A DNA stretch of 64,000 nucleotides from Gemmatimonadota bacterium (lineage in GTDB: Bacteria; Gemmatimonadota; Gemmatimonadetes; Palauibacterales; Palauibacteraceae). Made by a program: the position numbers and the translations under genes. The stretch spans positions 2,160 to 66,159 of the forward strand of contig JBDHLB010000009.1 in NCBI GenBank assembly GCA_039586095.1, given 5' to 3'. The notes under the pieces are model-generated. The model ran no database searches. It was not told where the DNA came from and worked only from the letters and a program-made list of their open reading frames with translations. Shown here in pieces: positions 36,270 to 45,093 of the stretch (positions within the stretch are counted from its first letter, which is position 1; every line of letters starts with the position of its first letter).

Positions 36270-37436
36270 CTAGTAGTACGCGGTGAGACTCACGGTCAGC
36301 AGGCTTCCCTGGCGTGGCGCAAATCGAGGTTCACGGGAGGAGTCGCCCATGAAGATGCGGCCCTCGACGTCGAGGGTAAGGCGATCGGACAGGCGACGGC
36401 GCGCGCTGGCCTGAGCAATCCGGTTACCGGAACGGGTATCCGCGAACAGACCGGCACCGAGCCGTCCCTCGTGCAGGAGCAGCCGACCGCCCAGGTACAG
36501 ATCGTTCTCGTACGACGTGGTCGCCTCGGCGCCTCGGTCGTCGTACACGTACTCTGCGAACGCGCTGAGGTAGTCCGTGAAGGCGTACTCCGTCCCGCCG
36601 GCCGCTGCGGTATGGCTGCCGTACGCGGATCCGGCCGTCACAACCTCGGCCTTCCACAGCCAGGCGCCCGACGTCCACTGGAGATCCAGGCTGGTTCGAC
36701 TTGCCCTGTGATAGACGGGGATCAGAACAGCCGATCCGGCCGAGTCGATTCCCGCCTCGAAGCGCGGATCGCGGTCCCTGCCTCTGAAGTAGGCCACGCC
36801 GAGGTCGACAGCGCCCAGGCTATGGGACCAGCGTAAAGCGTAGTCGCGTCGGATGAGCGCGCGGTCCGAGTCATCTCTGGCCAGATCTTCGGTCACGGGG
36901 AGAGATGAATACAGGGTCCCCGCCGATCCATCGAACGGTCGTTCGCGAAACAGCGGCAACAGATAGAGCGCGAAGGTCCCCCAGTCGCTGAAGAAAGTGC
37001 CCCGGATCATCGGCTGACCGAGCTTCTCGTAGCCCGCGACGCTCCCGACCGGGTACCACTGATTGACGACGTCGACCACGCGCCGCGACTCAGCCACGCC
37101 CCAGTAGACTTCGGTCATTCCCGCCAGGAGCTCCCAGTCCCCCTTCGATATCGTCCACTTCGCCTGTCGGAGGTCCAATCGGGTGCGCTCCCCGGTCATG
37201 ACGTCGATTCGAAAGAAGGGCTCGAGCTCGAACCACTGATCGCCTTCGTCCCACTCGACGCTTCCAAGCGCATGCAGTACGAGACTCGCCTCCGGGTGCA
37301 CCAATCGAGAGGCGTCCGTCGGGTCGGTGAACAGGAAGGCCTCGGCCCTCACATCGGCCCTCCACTGTGCCAGCGCGGGGCAGGGCAGCAGTCCGACTCC
37401 CAAAGCCAGAAGACGCAGGAACGCGTGGCTCCGCAT
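36270..37436 (-). CDS. Outer-membrane beta-barrel protein (unknown family), third gene of the MMPL exporter operon
   Basis: Signal peptide MRSHAFLRLLALGVGLLPCPALAQ. The body is rich in aromatic/Gly beta-strand patterns, and the C-terminus ends ...LTVSLTAYY (aromatic, OMP beta-signal-like). Confidence 0.7.
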   Translation of the reverse strand: MRSHAFLRLLALGVGLLPCPALAQWRADVRAEAFLFTDPTDASRLVHPEASLVLHALGSVEWDEGDQWFELEPFFRIDVMTGERTRLDLRQAKWTISKGDWELLAGMTEVYWGVAESRRVVDVVNQWYPVGSVAGYEKLGQPMIRGTFFSDWGTFALYLLPLFRERPFDGSAGTLYSSLPVTEDLARDDSDRALIRRDYALRWSHSLGAVDLGVAYFRGRDRDPRFEAGIDSAGSAVLIPVYHRASRTSLDLQWTSGAWLWKAEVVTAGSAYGSHTAAAGGTEYAFTDYLSAFAEYVYDDRGAEATTSYENDLYLGGRLLLHEGRLGAGLFADTRSGNRIAQASARRRLSDRLTLDVEGRIFMGDSSREPRFAPRQGSLLTVSLTAYY

Positions 37437-37440
37437 GAGA

Positions 37441-38271
37441 TCATCCTGCCCGGTGCAGGCGATTGCGCTCGAAGTCGACGGCTGTCAGACCGGTTCCGAA
37501 CCGGTACTCGTGCCACAGAATGGTGGTGCTCTTCCCGGTCTGGTGGTTGGCCATCTCCATCTCCGCCGGCCGCCAGAACCGTCCCTCGTACCGGCGGAAG
37601 CCGTTCAGAAGAAGCGTCTTGAGCGGCTCGCCCTCCCGATCGAAGTAGTCGATCCGAAGGATCCGGTACTCCGCGCGATCGATCCACACGAGCTGGCGCC
37701 CGTAGCCGGAGTCCGGGTCCACGGGGACACGCTCGATGACCCGGCAGGCCATGTCTTCGACGGCGTCCTCGCCCTCGAATCGGTAGGTGTACTCGTCCAG
37801 CTTCTGCGAACCGATGTCCTCGTAGGAGAACTCGCTTCCCATGAAGGAGCCCGTCTGCGAGCTGGAGGCGATTCGCTTGACGCGCTTGAGCGCCGGCAGA
37901 TACAACCACTGGTCGTCGCTTCCAGCCGATTCCGAGTGCGTAAGGAGGGCTGTCCCCTGAAGATCACGCGGCTGGTCGATCACCAGCAGCGTCTTGTCGT
38001 CGCCGCCCTCGCCTTCCAGGACCCGCAGCGTCAGCCGTCGAGTCTTTTCTTGCCCGTGTCGGTTCCGGAGCACCATGGTCAACCGGGCTTCCATGTCCCC
38101 GTAGCCTCGGGCCCTTCGATCCGCTTCCTCCGCGATCGCGCGTCCGCGATCTTCCCGAGCCTGAGCCACCAGCGTGCCAGGCGCGACCACCGATCCGCCA
38201 AGAGTCAAGATGGACATCAAGAAGGTGAGGCCACGCATGCCCCCCGGGATTCCGTGCTCTTTCATGATCAT
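37441..38271 (-). CDS. Outer-membrane lipoprotein-sorting (LolA-fold) protein
   Basis: Signal peptide MRGLTFLMSILTLGGSVVAPGTLVAQ. Family-typical stretch QWLYLPALKRVKRIASSSQTGSFMGSEFSYEDI. It sits directly downstream of the MMPL/RND gene, which is a recurrent pairing. Confidence 0.75.
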   Translation of the reverse strand: MIMKEHGIPGGMRGLTFLMSILTLGGSVVAPGTLVAQAREDRGRAIAEEADRRARGYGDMEARLTMVLRNRHGQEKTRRLTLRVLEGEGGDDKTLLVIDQPRDLQGTALLTHSESAGSDDQWLYLPALKRVKRIASSSQTGSFMGSEFSYEDIGSQKLDEYTYRFEGEDAVEDMACRVIERVPVDPDSGYGRQLVWIDRAEYRILRIDYFDREGEPLKTLLLNGFRRYEGRFWRPAEMEMANHQTGKSTTILWHEYRFGTGLTAVDFERNRLHRAG

Positions 38272-38280
38272 GCCTCCCGC

Positions 38281-40650
38281 TCAAGCCGCTCTTCTCGACC
38301 TGTATCTCCGGGATCTGCCCTCTTCGCCTGCCTCTTGAGCCCTCCCGCGCGCCGTGGCCCTCGATGCGAAAACAGGTCGCCAGGCGCCGATGATCGACGG
38401 GAAGGCGAAGAGGTCAGCGGCAACGGCCGAAAGGGCACTGACGGCCGTCATCAAACCGACGAGAAACAGCACTTCGAACTGTGATGCCATGAGGAGCGAG
38501 AAGCCGGCTCCCACCACGACGGTGGTCATGAGGATGGCCGGTCCGGCATCCCGCACACTCTCTACGAGGGCGGATTTCAAGCACGCTCCGCCTCTCAAAG
38601 CCTGCTTGAAGCGACCCAGGAGATGGATCGTGTCGTCCGCCGCGATCCCGAAAGCGATCGAGAAGACGAGGATGGTCGACGGCTTGAGGTCGAACGAGCA
38701 CAGCCGCATGAGGCCCAGCAGCACCACCAGCGGGAACAGGTTCGGGAGCAACGCGACCAGGCCGTATTTCCAGGAACGGAACATGTAGATGAGGATCCCG
38801 GTGATCACGACCAGAGCGATGAGCAAGCTCGGCCCGAAGCTCTCGAGGATGCGCGCCTGATAGGATTGCAGCAGGTAAACCGTCCCTGTCGGTCGCGCCG
38901 TTCCGAGCGGGGGCGGGTCGTCGGCCAGGAAGCGATCGACCCGGTCGAGGAACGGGAGGATGACCACGGAGCCCTTGTCGCGCACCGTGACCAGCACCTG
39001 CGCCTCGCCGTCGTCCCGATGGTACACGTCGCGAGCGAAGTCCGGGTCCTGAAGCTCCGCCATGAACAGGAGCTGGCTGGTCTCTTCCGCCGTGGCCGGC
39101 AGCGAGAAACCCTCATCTTCCACCACAGCCTGTCTCAGCTGACCGATGTAGTCCGGCAGGGCGAGCGTGCTCACGACCAGGGGGTCTTGGCTCACGAATT
39201 CCTGGAATCTTCTCATCCAGGCCAGAGCCTCCGGGTCGTGCAGCGGCCCTCTTTCGTCTTCCCGCAGGTAGAGGTTTACCTGGAACAGACCATACCCGTT
39301 CTCCTCGATCCATCGGATGTCACTCAGGAGAGTCGACCGCGGCCGCAGGTCGTCCATGAGCAGCGTGTTCGTGCGCAGATTGGCGCCGGCCCCGAGCCCG
39401 AGCAGCCCAACGCCGAGAAAGGCGCCCATGGCCGCGCGTGAAGGGCGATTGGCGAGATAGACAGCGGCCTCCACGGTTCGCTCGATCCACCGGAGTTGAA
39501 GCCCGCGGTCGTTTCTCCGCCTGGCGGGAGCCGCGCTGAGCAGCACAGGCAAAGCCGTCATGCTGAAGGCGAACGCGGTCAAGATCGCCAGCGCGGTGAA
39601 CGCGCCGAACTCCATGACGATGCCGATCCGCGTGCCGACCAGGCTCAGGAATCCCACGGCGGTCGTGATGGACGTATAGAAACAGGGGACCACCAGATGG
39701 GAGAACGCGCGCACGACCGCGTCCCTGGCAGGCCGCCCCCGGCTGCGCTCTCCGCGAAAGCGGGCCAGAAGGTGGATGGAGTCGCTGACGCTCACCACGA
39801 GGACGATGATCGGGATGAAGCTCGTGAGGACGCTGATCGACATCCCCAGGAAGCCCATCACGCCGATCGTCACGACATACGCCGGGATCGCCGACGCCAG
39901 GCACAGGACGATCTGGGTGACGTCTCGGAAGAAGAGAAGCAGAATCAGGAAGAACAGCACAAAGCCGCCCCCGAGGAGCAGCCTCTGGTCCGATTCGAGC
40001 AGCTTCGGCAAGCGGGATCGGAAGACGGGAATGCCGCCGAGCGCGGTCTCCACGCCCTCGAGCTCGAGCGCCTCCAGCTTACCGGTGAGCGCTTCCTCGA
40101 TCCGTCGTCGCGAACGGTCGTCGGCAGTCCCCTCGTCCAGATACCCGTGGATGGCGAAGCTCGTCTGGTCCGCATTCCACAGGTAGCCGCGGTACAGGTT
40201 GTCGTCGCGATAACGCGCGAGCGTCTGCTTCACGTACTCGTCGGTGAGCGACTGCTGCTCGATCAGGGGGTGAATGCGGAGAGCCCGTTCTCCGTCCAAC
40301 TCCTCCGGCTCGGCGACGCTCACGCTGCCGATCCAGTGCACGTCGCGCAGCCCGACCGCTTCGAATTGGTGCGCCGCACGCTGCATGTCGCGGAAAAGTG
40401 CCACGCCGGGGGCGCGCGAGTCGCGCCAGACAAGGGAGAAGCGGAGGTCCTCCTTGGTGAACGCCTTCTTGTATTCGTCGAACGTCTGGCGGGACTCACC
40501 GCGAGCGGGGAAGAGCTGTTCGATCGTGTAGTCCACGCTCACCCGGCTGGCGCCGATCGTCGCAACCGTCAGCACGGCTGCGCCCGCCAGCAACACCGTC
40601 GGGCGATGCGCCAGCAACCACCTGAAGTAGCGCTCGTGTCTCTCGTTCAT
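38281..40650 (-). CDS. MMPL/RND-superfamily exporter (two 6-TM bundles)
   Basis: 789 aa with two hydrophobic blocks, each following a large soluble loop. SSD-like TM stretches are visible (LTSFIPIIVLVVSVSDSIHLL; ILVFSIAFGIAADDTIHLLGRF). Confidence 0.85.
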   Translation of the reverse strand: MNERHERYFRWLLAHRPTVLLAGAAVLTVATIGASRVSVDYTIEQLFPARGESRQTFDEYKKAFTKEDLRFSLVWRDSRAPGVALFRDMQRAAHQFEAVGLRDVHWIGSVSVAEPEELDGERALRIHPLIEQQSLTDEYVKQTLARYRDDNLYRGYLWNADQTSFAIHGYLDEGTADDRSRRRIEEALTGKLEALELEGVETALGGIPVFRSRLPKLLESDQRLLLGGGFVLFFLILLLFFRDVTQIVLCLASAIPAYVVTIGVMGFLGMSISVLTSFIPIIVLVVSVSDSIHLLARFRGERSRGRPARDAVVRAFSHLVVPCFYTSITTAVGFLSLVGTRIGIVMEFGAFTALAILTAFAFSMTALPVLLSAAPARRRNDRGLQLRWIERTVEAAVYLANRPSRAAMGAFLGVGLLGLGAGANLRTNTLLMDDLRPRSTLLSDIRWIEENGYGLFQVNLYLREDERGPLHDPEALAWMRRFQEFVSQDPLVVSTLALPDYIGQLRQAVVEDEGFSLPATAEETSQLLFMAELQDPDFARDVYHRDDGEAQVLVTVRDKGSVVILPFLDRVDRFLADDPPPLGTARPTGTVYLLQSYQARILESFGPSLLIALVVITGILIYMFRSWKYGLVALLPNLFPLVVLLGLMRLCSFDLKPSTILVFSIAFGIAADDTIHLLGRFKQALRGGACLKSALVESVRDAGPAILMTTVVVGAGFSLLMASQFEVLFLVGLMTAVSALSAVAADLFAFPSIIGAWRPVFASRATARGRAQEAGEEGRSRRYRSRRAA

Positions 40651-40765
40651 CGGGCTGCTCCCACGGATGAGGGACGCTCGCGAACGGGATTCTATTCCCG
40701 GCGGGTCAAGTAGCGGTCAAGCGAGGCCGGTCGGCTGCACGCATGTGCAGGAGTGTCGGTCAACG

Positions 40766-40850
40766 GGCGAATCGGCGGCGAATCGGCGGGCGTGTAGGCG
40801 GCGGATCGGTGGCGGGATCGGTGGCGGGATCGGTGGGCGTATCGACGGCG
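40766..40850. repeat. G-rich imperfect tandem repeat (~11-12-bp unit GCGGGATCGGTG)
   Basis: The sequence reads ggcgaatcggc ggcgaatcggcg ggcgtgtaggcg gcggatcggtg gcgggatcggtg gcgggatcggtg ggcgtatcgacg. The core at 40801..40839 is near-perfect. It lies between the kefC stop (40871) and the MMPL gene start (40650). Confidence 0.7.
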
Positions 40851-40870
40851 GTGAGCCGGCGGTGCAGCGA

Positions 40871-42784
40871 TTAGGTCCTGAACTCCTCGCGCAGCGACTC
40901 CGTATCCCAGCCCGCATCCCGCTCCTCCTGCTCGTGCTCGAGCTCCGAGAGCAGCAGCTCCTCGAGCGCCTGGATGCGCTCGCGCGCCGCGCTCGTGTAG
41001 GCTTTGCGGTCGTGACGGAGCTGTCCGAGGTCGCGCACGGATTCCTCGTCGTGCCGCAGGAACGTCTTGGCCGACCGATGGGCCTTGTAGGCGCGGATTC
41101 CTAGCAGTCGAAGGGCGTCGACCCCCATCCGCAACGATGTGTCGAGCGTCTCGCGGTAGACGTGGTCGACACCCTTGTCTCTCAGCTCGTACGCTTCGGG
41201 ACGCCCGATCGCCCGAACCAGCACGGTCAGGTGGGGAAAGTGCTTCTGAACACTGCGCAGGACGCTTAGCGCGTGTTCCTGCTCCTCGAGCGCGATGACC
41301 ATCAGGCGCGCCCGGTCGGCCCCGGCGGCCCGCAGGAGGTCGTAACGGGATGCATCGCCGTAGAACACCTCCAGGCCGAGGCGGCGCAGCGCATCCACCC
41401 GGTCGGAGTCGTACTCCAGGACCGTGGGCCGTATGCCGTTCGCGCGCAACAACCGTCCGACGGTGCTCCCGAAACGGCCGAAACCCGCGATGATCACCGG
41501 CCGATCCTCGTGCATGTCCTCCATATCGTCGGGCTCGCGCTCCACGCGCTCGCGCGTGCCCACGCGCGGCTGGAGAATACGCTCGTTCAGCAACATGAGG
41601 ACGGGGGTGAGCGCCATCGAGATCGCGACCACTGCGATGAGCGGGGCTGTGACATCGGTCGTGACGACCCCTGCCTGGGCGGCGAACGAGAGCAAAACGA
41701 ACGCGAACTCACCGCCCTGCGCCAGCGCGAGCGAGAAAATCAGGTTCTGATCGAGCCCCATCCGGCAGACGCGGCCGAGTCCGAGCAGCACGATGAGCTT
41801 GAGGATCACAAGACCGCCAACACACAGCGCGATGAAGCCGGGAGCGCTCCGGATCAGCTGGAAGTCCACCGACGCGCCCACGGCGATGAAGAACACGGCG
41901 AGGAGCAGCCCCTTGAAGGGGTCGATGTCGCTCTCCAGCTCGTGCCGGTACTCGTTGTTCGCCAGCACCACGCCCGCGACGAACGCGCCGAGGGCCGGGC
42001 TCAACCCGACCTCGGTCATGAGCAACGCCACCCCCAGAATCAGCAGCAGGGCCGCTGCCACGAAGAGCTCTCGCAGGCGGGTGGCCGCGATCACGCGGAA
42101 AATGGGCCGCAGCAAGTAGCGGCCACCGATCACGATGCCTAGGACGGCCGCCAGGACGATCAGCGTCTGCTCCCAACCCGCCAATCCGTCGATCCACTTG
42201 GTCGCCTCGGCGTGTCCGCCCGCTTCGGCTCCGTGCCCCCCGGCCAGGGCGCCGCCTCCCGGTGCGATCGCGAGGAGCGGGAAGAGAGCCAGCATCGGGA
42301 TCACCGCGATGTCCTGGAAGAGCAGCACGGAGAAAGCGCTCTGCCCGGCGTCGGTGTCCAGCAGGTTCTTCTCGTTGAGCGTCTGAAGGACGATCGCCGT
42401 CGAGGAGAGAGCGAGAGACATCCCGATCGCCAGCGCCGATTGCCACGCGAGCCCCACGAAATTCCCGATCAACGCGATGAGCACCGCGGTGACCACCACC
42501 TGGAGCCCTCCCGTGCCGAGAATCGGGCCCCTCAGCCTCCACAGAAGCCGGGGTTGCAGCTCGAGGCCGATCAGGAAGAGCATCATCACGACGCCGAACT
42601 CGGCGAAGTGCAGCACGTCTTCGCCCTCCTCGCCGATCAGTCCCAGCCCGAACGGTCCGATGATCATGCCGGCGATCAGATAGCCGAGGACCGAGCCCAG
42701 ACCCAGGCGCTTTGCGATCGGGACGGCGATGACGGCAGCCGCCAGGTAGACGAACGCCTGATAGAAGAGACCCTGTTCCGCCAT
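40871..42784 (-). CDS. kefC: Glutathione-regulated K+ efflux / CPA2 monovalent cation:proton antiporter (KefB/KefC-like) with TrkA_N domain
   Basis: CPA2 membrane domain (LGSVLGYLIAGMIIGPFGLG...). Cytoplasmic Rossmann motif VIIAGFGRFGSTVGRLL. It is paired with a KefG/KefF-like gene 4 nt upstream. Confidence 0.85.
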   Translation of the reverse strand: MAEQGLFYQAFVYLAAAVIAVPIAKRLGLGSVLGYLIAGMIIGPFGLGLIGEEGEDVLHFAEFGVVMMLFLIGLELQPRLLWRLRGPILGTGGLQVVVTAVLIALIGNFVGLAWQSALAIGMSLALSSTAIVLQTLNEKNLLDTDAGQSAFSVLLFQDIAVIPMLALFPLLAIAPGGGALAGGHGAEAGGHAEATKWIDGLAGWEQTLIVLAAVLGIVIGGRYLLRPIFRVIAATRLRELFVAAALLLILGVALLMTEVGLSPALGAFVAGVVLANNEYRHELESDIDPFKGLLLAVFFIAVGASVDFQLIRSAPGFIALCVGGLVILKLIVLLGLGRVCRMGLDQNLIFSLALAQGGEFAFVLLSFAAQAGVVTTDVTAPLIAVVAISMALTPVLMLLNERILQPRVGTRERVEREPDDMEDMHEDRPVIIAGFGRFGSTVGRLLRANGIRPTVLEYDSDRVDALRRLGLEVFYGDASRYDLLRAAGADRARLMVIALEEQEHALSVLRSVQKHFPHLTVLVRAIGRPEAYELRDKGVDHVYRETLDTSLRMGVDALRLLGIRAYKAHRSAKTFLRHDEESVRDLGQLRHDRKAYTSAARERIQALEELLLSELEHEQEERDAGWDTESLREEFRT

Positions 42785-42788
42785 TCGC

Positions 42789-43418
42789 CTACCTCGCTCG
42801 GCTCTTGATGACCGCGAACAGGTCGGCGTTCAACCGTCCCGCCGCGCGGGCCGCTTCCAGATCGACCGCCCCGTCCCGCAAGGCGATGAGCGTGCGACGG
42901 TAGTCATCGGCGTGAGATCGCAACTCCTCAGAGGTCATACCGTGCGTGCCGTGCACGACGAAGGGAGGCAGACAGTCCATGCCGCACAGCGTGGCCGTCT
43001 GCTCGATCGGCCGCAGCAACTCCGCGACCGTGTAACGGTTGTGCCCGCCCTGTCGGTAGGCGCTCTCCCGTCCCCCGGTCGTGATCACGCTCAAGAATTC
43101 CTTGCCTCGCAGCGCCTTGCCTTCATGCCCGTAGGCCCATCCATGCTCCAGCACGAGGTCCTGCCACTCCTTGAGGATGGCGGGCGTGCTGTACCAGAAC
43201 ATCGGGTGGTGGAAGATGATGAGGTCGTGTTCCAGGAGGCGCGCCTGCTCGGCCGGCACGTCGATGTCGAAATCGGGATACCGCTCGTACAGATCCCGGA
43301 AGGTGACCCCCTCGATGTCGGCCAGGCCCTCGATGAGCACACGGTTCACACGCGATTTCTCGAGCGCCGGGTGGGCGAAGAGGATCAGGATCTGTCTTTC
43401 GAATGCGCCGGGAGTCAT
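42789..43418 (-). CDS. kefG: KefG/KefF-like flavodoxin-fold NAD(P)H oxidoreductase (Kef ancillary subunit)
   Basis: I start it at ATG 43418. ILILFAHPALEKSRVNRVL...HDLIIFHHPMFWYSTPAILKEWQDLVLEHGWAYG is the typical KefG/KefF signature. Confidence 0.85.
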   Translation of the reverse strand: MTPGAFERQILILFAHPALEKSRVNRVLIEGLADIEGVTFRDLYERYPDFDIDVPAEQARLLEHDLIIFHHPMFWYSTPAILKEWQDLVLEHGWAYGHEGKALRGKEFLSVITTGGRESAYRQGGHNRYTVAELLRPIEQTATLCGMDCLPPFVVHGTHGMTSEELRSHADDYRRTLIALRDGAVDLEAARAAGRLNADLFAVIKSRAR

Positions 43419-43578
43419 GCCCGCCTTCGTGCCGTGTCCGGGTTCAGGAGCGCGACAAGATACACGGTGGCTGATTCGGGGCGAGGGCCGTGCCACGTTG
43501 CTCCGGCGAGCATCGACGCTGTAACCTGATCGGAGCTTCCACAGCAGCCCCGAACGCCCACACGAGAAGGGACCGATC

Positions 43579-45084
43579 ATGAATCGAAGCTTCTGGCGAT
43601 CCACCTTCCTGTTTCTCTCCCTCTCCCCACTGTGCCTCGCTCTCTGGCTGACTGCCGGCGTCTCCCGGCCGGGGATCGCTCAGGACGCGCCTCGCGAGCT
43701 GGCCGACCACCCGCGCGTGTCGGATGCGGTCCGAGTGTGGGAGGAATGGGTCGAGTATCAAGCGACGATGGATGCTGTTCCAGGGGTGTCGCTCGGCATC
43801 GTTCACGATCAGGAGCTCATCGCCGCCAGCGCATTCGGGTTCGCGAATCCGGAAGCCAGGCTGCCGGCGACGCCCGAGACCCTGTACAGCATCTGCTCGA
43901 TCTCGAAGCTCTTCACCAGCGTGGCCGTCATGCAGCAAAGGGACGAGGGCAGGCTGCGACTCGGCGATCCCGTGGCCGAGCATTTGCCGTGGTTCGCGAT
44001 CCAGGACGCCCATCCGGACGACGGGCCGATCACCATCGCCGGGATTCTCACGCACTCGGCCGGGCTGCCACGCGAGTCGGATTATCCGTACTGGACGGGT
44101 CCCGAGGGTTACCCGTTCCCGACCCACGAGGAGATCGTGGCGCGTATTGACGAACAGGCGACCCTGTACCCGTCTTCGCGATACTTCCAGTACTCCAACC
44201 TCGGGCTGACGCTCGCCGGTGAGATCGTTTCAACCGTCTCCGGACAGCCGTTCGACGAGTACGTTCGCGCCAGAATCCTCGATCCGCTGGACATGAAGAA
44301 CACGTTCACCGAGGTGCCGATCGACCTCCGGGGCACCCGGCTCGCGATCGGTCACACGGCGCGGAGGCGCGACGGGTCACGACCCGTCGCAGAGCCCTTC
44401 CAGACACGAGGGATCGCGCCGGCGGCCGGCTTCGCCTCCAACGTGGGTGACCTTGCGCGGTTCGCGATGTGGCAGAACCGCCTGCTGTCACAGGGAGGCG
44501 AGGAAGTCCTTCGGGCTTCGACGCTTCGAGAGATGCACCGGGTGTGGTGGGTGGATCCGGACTGGGAGACGACCTGGGGTCTGGGCTTTTCCGTGTCGCG
44601 CGAGGGCGACCGCACGTTTGTGAGTCACGGCGGCGGGTGCCCCGGCTATTACACGCACTTCCGGCTTGAGCCGAAGTCGAAGATCGCGGCGGTCGTGCTG
44701 ACCAACGCCATCGGCTCAGAGGTCGGGCTCTATACCCTGAGGGCGTTCGATCTGATCGCGCCGGCGATTGCGAAGGCGCTCGACGAGAAAGACGAAGTGC
44801 CCGAGCGAGATCCGGATCTCGACCGCTATACGGGAGTCTACGAGTCCATCTGGGGCCAGTCGGCGATCGTACGCTGGGAGGACGGACTCGCGTACGTGGG
44901 GCTGGGCAGCCGGGACCCGGCGAATGCGCTGTTCAAGCTGAAGGAGACGGGCGACCACACGTTTCGGCTGGTTCGCAAGGATGACGAGGACGTGCTGGGC
45001 CAGGAATTCGTATTCGAGGTCGCCGACGACGGCACCGTCACGCGGTACCTGACGCACAGCAACTGGTCGGCGAAGATTCGGTAG
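43579..45084 (+). CDS. Beta-lactamase-fold serine hydrolase (class C/esterase-like), secreted
   Basis: Signal peptide MNRSFWRSTFLFLSLSPLCLALWL. The SxxK nucleophile motif is in SICSISKLFTSVAVM, with YSNLG (YxN) downstream. Confidence 0.8.
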   Translation: MNRSFWRSTFLFLSLSPLCLALWLTAGVSRPGIAQDAPRELADHPRVSDAVRVWEEWVEYQATMDAVPGVSLGIVHDQELIAASAFGFANPEARLPATPETLYSICSISKLFTSVAVMQQRDEGRLRLGDPVAEHLPWFAIQDAHPDDGPITIAGILTHSAGLPRESDYPYWTGPEGYPFPTHEEIVARIDEQATLYPSSRYFQYSNLGLTLAGEIVSTVSGQPFDEYVRARILDPLDMKNTFTEVPIDLRGTRLAIGHTARRRDGSRPVAEPFQTRGIAPAAGFASNVGDLARFAMWQNRLLSQGGEEVLRASTLREMHRVWWVDPDWETTWGLGFSVSREGDRTFVSHGGGCPGYYTHFRLEPKSKIAAVVLTNAIGSEVGLYTLRAFDLIAPAIAKALDEKDEVPERDPDLDRYTGVYESIWGQSAIVRWEDGLAYVGLGSRDPANALFKLKETGDHTFRLVRKDDEDVLGQEFVFEVADDGTVTRYLTHSNWSAKIR

Positions 45085-45093
45085 AGGTGATCG

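Noticed and set aside
35954-36289. Minus-strand open frame running through both 3'-end copies (…HEQEEQDAGWDTESLREEHRSERCDQRSGTYAYEVWNACWTPETLS…), considered as a real chimeric gene
   Set aside because: There is no in-frame ATG, only a GTG at 36142. A stop lies at 36290-36292 directly upstream, and the frame continues antisense into the DUF1080 gene with shadow-ORF composition. I report it as a repeat/relic rather than a CDS.
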